A stretch of DNA of 64,000 nt from Amoebophrya sp. A120 (lineage: Eukaryota > Protista > Dinoflagellata): assembly GCA_905178155.1 (NCBI GenBank), contig CAJINV010000011.1, forward strand, positions 3,009,144 through 3,073,143, read 5' to 3'. This document shows, one piece after another, positions 57,290-64,000 of the stretch. A program made the translations under genes and the position numbers. A model generated the notes under the pieces. That model saw only the letters and a program-made list of their open reading frames with translations, did no database searches and was not told the origin of the DNA. Position 1 is the first letter of the stretch, and every line of letters starts with the position of its first letter.

Positions 57290-60200
57290 CTAGAACTTGA
57301 ACTTCCTCATTTGACCGTGAGCGCATTTTGCATGCGTAGACTCCCGCCCGCAAGTGACGGACTGCCGTCGGTTATGGGGAGAAAAAGCAAAAGGACCCTT
57401 GCTACCACGAATTTCGCTTGAGGTCAAATACCAAATTTGATGATGAACTACCACCTGGAAGGCTTGCAAAATCTGTTTTGAGAAGTGCTCTAACATGGTC
57501 CACCGACGGCGACGTTCTGGTCGCATGATCAGGAGCAGAAACGCCAACACAAACATGCAAGAACAGGCAAACTCTAATCGTGGTCCTTTGTGTCCTCTTT
57601 TTTTTCTCATACTGGCCCGCGGGGGAATGACGGTGAACACATCCACCAAGTGGGGCTCGCTGACCTTGTTGGACAAATACTTGGAGGGCGCGGCGTCGTT
57701 CCAGGGATCTTCCTTCCTCGTGCGCGCGAGGGCGTCGACCTCCCAGTGCGGGCCGATGCCGTCGCCCGTTTGCTCGATCCCGATGGCCCACCCTTTGAGC
57801 ACGCCGTCGCGGCCGATTCGGCACCGCAGGAAGGACTTGTGGTCGGGGTCGCGGAGGGACACGAAGGCCTCCCCCTGGTGAATCCCGAGGAAGTACATGC
57901 CGAGGAACAGGAAAGATCCCATAATGAAGGCCGCCGTGGGGACGGCCGTGGCGTAGAAGTAGATCGACATGCCCAGGTTGTACAACAGCACCCACTCCCG
58001 CGCGACCGGTTCCGCGGCGCACATGGCGTGCTTGGTGGACACCAGCAGGTTTGGGAGCTCCACCGCCTGCATCAGGTTCAACAGGAGCGGCTGCAGCACC
58101 CCGCCGCTGTAGAAATCCAGCGTCTCCACGATGGCGGGGTGGGCGGAGATGGGCTTGCGGTTCTGCGGGGACAGCTCGAGCAGGGTTTCCAAAAACACGA
58201 CGAAAAACACGATGCAGAAGCTGTGCACCAGCGCGTGCGCCAGCCCCACGGCCCAGCGGACGGAATCATGCTTGCAGACCCCACACTGCTGCCCGTCGGT
58301 GAAGACGATGCCGGTGATGAGCAGAAAAACGTGGGTTGCCAACGCGACCGTGGTGGTCTGCCACATGTGGTGGTAGGCCTCGAGGAGGAGGAGCAGAAAC
58401 TGGTAGGCCGTCGTCAAGTACGAAGTCGTACCGATAAAACTGAGCCGCTCGCTGGTCAAAAAGCAGCAGGGGAACAGCCCGAGGGCCGCGCAGAGGTAGG
58501 CGATGCCGATCACAATGTCCGCCTGGTAGTTGCTCTTGCGCCACTTATATCAACTGCAAATATGTCTGGGTCTGGAAGATTGCCAGGTTTGTCATGCATA
58601 TATGGCATGACCAAGGTTGTCTGTAATGCATGACCTAGCATCACAGAATTTTACAGGGCTTCCTGATGCCTATTCCGCATGACAAATGCCTTCCCCGCGC
58701 AGCACGAACTCGACTCCTCTTGCACTACTTGCTGGTCATGCAATGCAAATTTTTTTAGAATCCAAAGCTAGCATCACAAGTCCCAACTTTCCAGACCCAG
58801 ACATATTTGCAATGCATAACTTGAACGGGATGGTTTTCGCCATTTGCTTCGTGGTTTCCGCACTGGGGTACATGGCCGCGGCGCGGTAGCTATCCTGTGC
58901 AAAAGTATCGTGCTCGTATTGCAGTCATGCATATACAAATCTTTTTTCTTGAGGTAAATCTGCATTACAAATTCAAATTTTCTCTCTCAGGCTGAGAACA
59001 TAATTTGTAATGCATTTATACGAGTACGATACTTTTGCAATTCATAGTAGCCCGCGTAGGGCATCTTGGGCTCGGTCGGGTAGGGCTGGTAGTTCTTGGT
59101 CAGCAGCTCCGGGTCCCCCCAGGGCGTGGGGTGCGTGAACGCACCCCCGCCGCCGGCCACGATCAGCGGGACCGCGTCCGCCTTGCTCTTCAGCGGCTGC
59201 CCCAGCCCGTCGCGCGTGACCATCTTCAGGTCGGGCTCGTACCGCATGTAGTGGTGCAGGTCCCCGGTCCACCGCATGGCCAGCACGTCCTTCATCACGC
59301 CGTGCAGCAACTGCATCAGCCACGGCCCGGTCTTCTCCCGGCTGGAGGCGTCGAAGCTGAAATTCGGGCGGTATCCTATATAAAAACGTCCCCACCCGAT
59401 AGTCAAGAAGATGGGGAATCGGCTAGACAAATCCACAAGTTTTTGCTGTTTCGCATGACAAATTTGGACTCGTAGTGTAGTGCTGTTTGGGCTAGTTCAG
59501 CAGCATCACAAATCTAGTGTATCACGCTGATTTAAGCATGACAAATTCCAGCACACGAACGAAAAATGCTTCTCATGGGGCTCCGCATGAGAAACACTGT
59601 CAGCATGCAAATTTGCATATACAACTATGAGGTGGGGACGTTTTTAAATACGATAGCCGGTGGGTGATCGCGATCACCCGGGAGACGTTCGGAATCAAGT
59701 CGTTCTCCACAAAGGTTTTGAAGTAGAGAAACTGCGTGGAGTCGATGTCGTTGGTCAGGCTGATGTCCAGCCCGAACACGAACCAATTCGGGTGCACCTG
59801 CGTGATGAAGTAGCTGTGGGTCTGCGGCATGTACCAACCCCCAAGCCACGCGCGGTTGCAGATCAGGTCCTGAAACGTGTCCAGGTTGTCGTACCAGTCG
59901 TGGTTCCCCGGCACCAGGAAACACAGCGGCCCCTCGTGCCCCTTCAGTTCTTCCGCCGTCAGCTTGTCGGTGGGCATCTGGATGGGCGACTTCTTCGCGA
60001 TCTTGCCCTGGTGGTCCTTGTTCTTCAGGAATTGGGCGTAGTAACCGCGCCGGGAGGCGATCTGCAGGCCGCCGTTGGACCGCCCGCACTTCCGGGAGTA
60101 CTCGTTCTCCTTCTTCAGCATGCACTCCAAGTGCACGGAGGTGCTGCCGCGCCGTATTATGCTCGCGCGGTTATTTCCGGCGAACCTGGTAGAACTACTA

Positions 60201-63200
60201 AAAGTACCGGACCGGCTATTGACGGGAGAAGTAATCGCCGTAGTTGGGCCGCCGGGCGGTTGCTGTACTAAGGATGTTGTCAATGGGCTGCTAGAACTGC
60301 TCGTGGTCCCGTCGTTGTTTTTCGGATCCAGAATCGATACAGAAGCACCACCACCTCCGGGTTTAGAAGAAGTTTGGTTCTGCCCCTTTTCTAGCACATT
60401 GTCCTTTTCTGTCTGCTCTTCGCTTATGGTGTCTATGGCCTGTGTGAGTTTGTTGAGCGCGCCACTACTCCCCCCGCCTGAGCCTGTAAGCTGCACAGCC
60501 GAGGCATTATTGGTACTACCCGCCGTGGTGCCGTCTAACGCGCTGCTTCCCCGGTTTGTCGTACTCTGACCCCGCGGCGAAAACGAACTACTCCTGGCCT
60601 TCAACTCGCCAATAATGCTGACGCTGGGCTTCGTTTGCGTTTCCCGGATCGCCGCTAACTGCATCGTAGTTGTAATTCCGGAGGCGTCGTTAGTACAACC
60701 TTCGCCAAGGCTTTCTTCGACTTCCCGCGGTGACAACGGCGCCGGAAGTTCTCCGTGGTCCGTGGGCTCGCTACTGGACGTGGCGCGTGGCGATCCCGCC
60801 TCAGAGCTACTGGTGGAGGCCGTGGAGTCCTCAGACAGCTTGTTTTCATCCGTCGCGTGCAAATTCGCGAGCTGCGGGATGTGAAAAAAGCTCGACAGGA
60901 GGGACGTCGCCTTCTTCAGTCCCACCACCTCAGTCTCGCGGGCCTTACTCTCTTCGACGTCTTGCTCCTGCTTCGTTACTGTGGCGTCGTTTGTTCCCTG
61001 CTGCTGCGTCACCCCCGTATTAGCAAGGGACGCTAGTTCTACGTTGGAAGAGGAAAGAATTGTTGGCGACGAATTCACCGCCTTCACCGGCGCAAAACTC
61101 GAATTATTCGGCATGATATCACCTTGCTGGTCTTGCACTATCAATGCGGCAGGTAACGCACCGCTCACGCGCCGTTCTCCAAAACTTCCTGTACTGCCAC
61201 TATTCACGGGACTGCCCGTCGACACAGCGGACGACCCCGTCGGTGAGGTGGACGCGGCTAGCTGACTATCCAGGCGCAGGCTCGTCGCTCCATTGGAAGT
61301 CGACGAACTTGTCCCATTAATCTTCGACTCGCCTTGCGGCACCTTGGGTTCGCGCAGCGCCAGGTGGTAGGGGAAGAAAAAGCGTTCCAGAAACTCCTCC
61401 CGCGTCGGACTCGGGTAGGCTATGTCGCCCCCGTGGAAATAGTACTTCGGCCGCGGCAGCGTGACGTAGCTCCCCGCGCCCCCGACCCGTGCCTTTTTCG
61501 ACGCGGACCCGCTGGTCGCCTCGCTGATCATGGCCGCGCCGCGGGGCAGGTCGGTCGGGACCCGCACCCGGAGTTGGGGTTGCGCCTGCGCCCGCGCGAT
61601 GGCGTACTGCGCATTGAAGCCGTCCCCGGTGTCCGCCACAAAATCAATCCACACCGTCGCGAACGGATCGTCCTCCTCGTCGGTCTCCGGCCTCTCCACC
61701 TCGCGCACGTTCCCCCGCCGTTGCAGCGAGCTCAGCGGCGAGCTGGCGGGAAACTCAATCGCCGACTCCGTTTTGTGCCGGTCCACCACCGGCTTGCCGC
61801 CGGTGGACAATAAATGTGGCGACTTTGGCTGCGAACTGGTCCTGGTGCTCTCGCCGTCTTTGTTCGCAGGCGACGGTACTTGCAGTTGGTCCGAATTGTC
61901 GAAGGACTTCGTTCGGCCGCCGAGAAACTTTCGCGGCCGCCTTGCTTCATTGGACGTACTGCTCGCTGGATTAGCTGCAGTCGTGTTGGTACTGCTGTAG
62001 AGCATGGAGCTGCTGTTGATCGATGCTGCTGCTGTCCCACCACCGGTGCTCACAGCACTCCTTTCGCTAATTTTACTGTCCCCCCGTTGCAAAAGCGGAG
62101 GTAATAGGAGACCACTGCTTCCATTCTGCAGCAAGTCCCCTTGTTGATGTTGTTCGTAGGTTTTGAAAAAGGAAAACACCCGCGGCGGGCCCTTGAGCGC
62201 GGTGAGCAGTTGGCGCACGTCGAAGCGACCCATGAAGATGCTGGTAATGCCGATGTCCATGACGGTCAACACCTGCATCATCGCGTACCACGGCACCATC
62301 TCCTTCAGCGTCGCCGGGTCCAGAAACCGATTGTTCTTTTCCCACTTGGGCCCGAAGGAGAGTAATAGCTTCTGTCCGAGGAACCGCTCGCTCACCAGAC
62401 TGACGAGCAACAGCCCGAAAAAGTCCACCGTGCAGAGCAACTGCAGGCCGACCGGGTGCGACAGCAGCGTGTCGGTCACGCTGTCCTTGCAGAAAAAATG
62501 GTGGATCCAGCCGCCGCGCAAACTGCTGCTGCTTTCGTCCTCCGCGAGCATCAACAGCGTCAGCCAGTACTGCAGGGCGACGAGCGAGGTGAGCAGCGTG
62601 GCATTGCTCACAAACTCTCGGCCGGTGCGGTGCGCGGAGAAAATCACGGTGGTCTTCGCCGAGGTGAGCAGGGTGTAGGTCGCCGTGTTTGGGTTCGCGG
62701 CCGCCGTGATCTGGTCCTTCATCTGTTTACCGACAGTCCGGGCCAGGTCATCCAGGTTTTTCAGGTTCAAAGCATTTTTGACATCATCTTCTTCGCCGTT
62801 GTTGTAATTATTATTCACTGTATCGCGGACGGAGCTTGTGCTACTTGTCTGACTCCTGGCCTCGCTGCCTCCGCTCGGTCTATCATCTGTCTTGAAATCA
62901 TGATTATCCTCTCCGTCGTCAAACATAGACTTCGTGAGCCCTCGCCGAGAGCCCGGCGCTGTCGCTGATGATGCATTGGCAGTCTCAGTTCCCGCTGTGG
63001 GTCTACCGGAGTTTTTACTCTCCGCTCGTCCTCCTCCTGTGCTGCTAGTTACAATGTGTCCGGATTGCGGGGTTGAAGGGCCCCGCTGCAAAGAACTCGG
63101 CTTCTTCGTTCCACTTCCACCTCCCGAAGTAGACCTGCCGAGGTACACAGCGTTGCGGTGCTGCTTGACGAATGATTTCCCTAAATAAACCGCGCTGAAG

Positions 63201-63598
63201 GCCCAGTCTCCAAAGTAGACGGTAAAACAGGAGAACGGGGTGGCCGCCAGGGCGAAATAGATGGTGTCGCGGATCCCGAAATTCTTGAACAGATCGAAGT
63301 TCTTGATCTTCGGCGTGTGCGCGATCACCGTGAGGACCAAAAACAGGGTCAGGTAGTTCACGAAAAAGAAGTACCGGTTGCCCTGGTCGCGCCGCTCCGT
63401 GTGGGGAAAGGTGAGAAACCGGAAGGCGGCATACAGAATCGCGTGCCCGCCGAGGAACAAAAACAGGTCCTCGACCGTGTCGCCGTGGGAGAATATTAAA
63501 GCGGAGGGGAGCCAGCCGGAAGTAGATGTCGTGTCGTGAGAGTCTGATGCTGGTCCCATCAGGCCGGCAGACCAGCTACTGGTCGAGGAGGATAACAT
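57290..63598 (-). CDS. Membrane-associated calcineurin-like metallophosphoesterase, three introners
   Basis: DFVADTGDG, GGDIAYPSP, PGNHDWYD, GGWYMPQTHSYF, GDLHHYMR, VAGGGGAFTHPT and hydrophobic segments. 3' end uncertain. Confidence 0.9.
58548..58818. mobile_element. Family-A TIR introner (271 bp)
   Basis: TSD ACTTA/ACTTG; removal joins IPFK-WRKSNYQAD. Confidence 0.92.
58891..59046. mobile_element. Family-F TIR introner (156 bp)
   Basis: TATCCTGTGCAAAAGTATCGTGCTCGTAT vs TATGAATTGCAAAAGTATCGTACTCGTAT; TSD GTAGC; removal joins YAGY-RAAAMYPS. Confidence 0.92.
59372..59655. mobile_element. Family-D-like TIR introner (284 bp)
   Basis: TATCCTATATAAAAACGTCCCCACC vs TATCGTATTTAAAAACGTCCCCACC; TSD GGCGG/GCCGG; removal joins ITHR-PNFSFD. 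Confidence 0.92.
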
Positions 63599-64000
63599 GC
63601 TGGATGCCCCGCTGGAGAGGATTTGATAGTACGATGCAGGTTCTTCGATGGCAGGAGAAACCTCAAGGTGTTCGTGTTGGCATGAATGTGTGTTCAGATT
63701 GATAAAAATGTCAGTCGTTGAGAGGGTTATTGGAAGTCGCCATGGTGCGGGGCAGTAGCGGCAGGAGCATGTTACAACATGTGGACGAGTAAAAAGTGGA
63801 ACAGGGTAGAATGTAGGAAATGTGTGAGTATGAAGGACGAATGGCTTTATGATTACACGTAGAAAAAATTTCGTTCGCCTAGGGTGGGAGTACGACCGGC
63901 AAGATGGTATGGAGGAGATAGAACTAAAGGGAGAACTTCTAAAAAAGGCTGGACTCCTACCTTTTCCATTGCTGGGGTAAAAATCATGCCACGACAGAAC

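Noticed and set aside
49661-58633. Long plus-strand ORFs (e.g. 49661..50602, 57590..58633)
   Set aside because: Antisense shadows of GC-rich minus-strand coding exons.
3476-58965. Recurring peptides such as CKNVWVWK, PDPDIF, QTQTFLHL and KMSGSG in many short ORFs as a protein family
   Set aside because: They are six-frame translations of the family-A TIR, not proteins.

Overview
Eukaryotic, gene-dense DNA. About 18 protein-coding genes all lie on the minus strand. The co-orientation, divergent proteins and inverted-repeat 'introner' introns point to a dinoflagellate-lineage parasite such as Amoebophrya (inference, not proven). The dominant hidden structure is 22 elements inserted in coding exons. 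Each has TAT...ATA termini, terminal inverted repeats (TIRs, several unrelated families) and a 5-bp target-site duplication (TSD). Removing the element plus one TSD copy rejoins the reading frame, including through conserved PC4 and metallophosphoesterase motifs, yet only one of the 22 can be read as GT-AG. Ordinary GT-AG introns coexist in the same genes. Two elements are about 3.7 kb. One (3607-7319) carries an uninterrupted Penelope-like GIY-YIG + reverse transcriptase ORF on the host-sense strand. The other (27019-30736) is a foldback-like element with ~100-bp TIRs and a 92-bp satellite. A third insertion type is flanked by a 53-bp exon duplication. Gene models were assembled by eye and no splicing is confirmed without RNA data.
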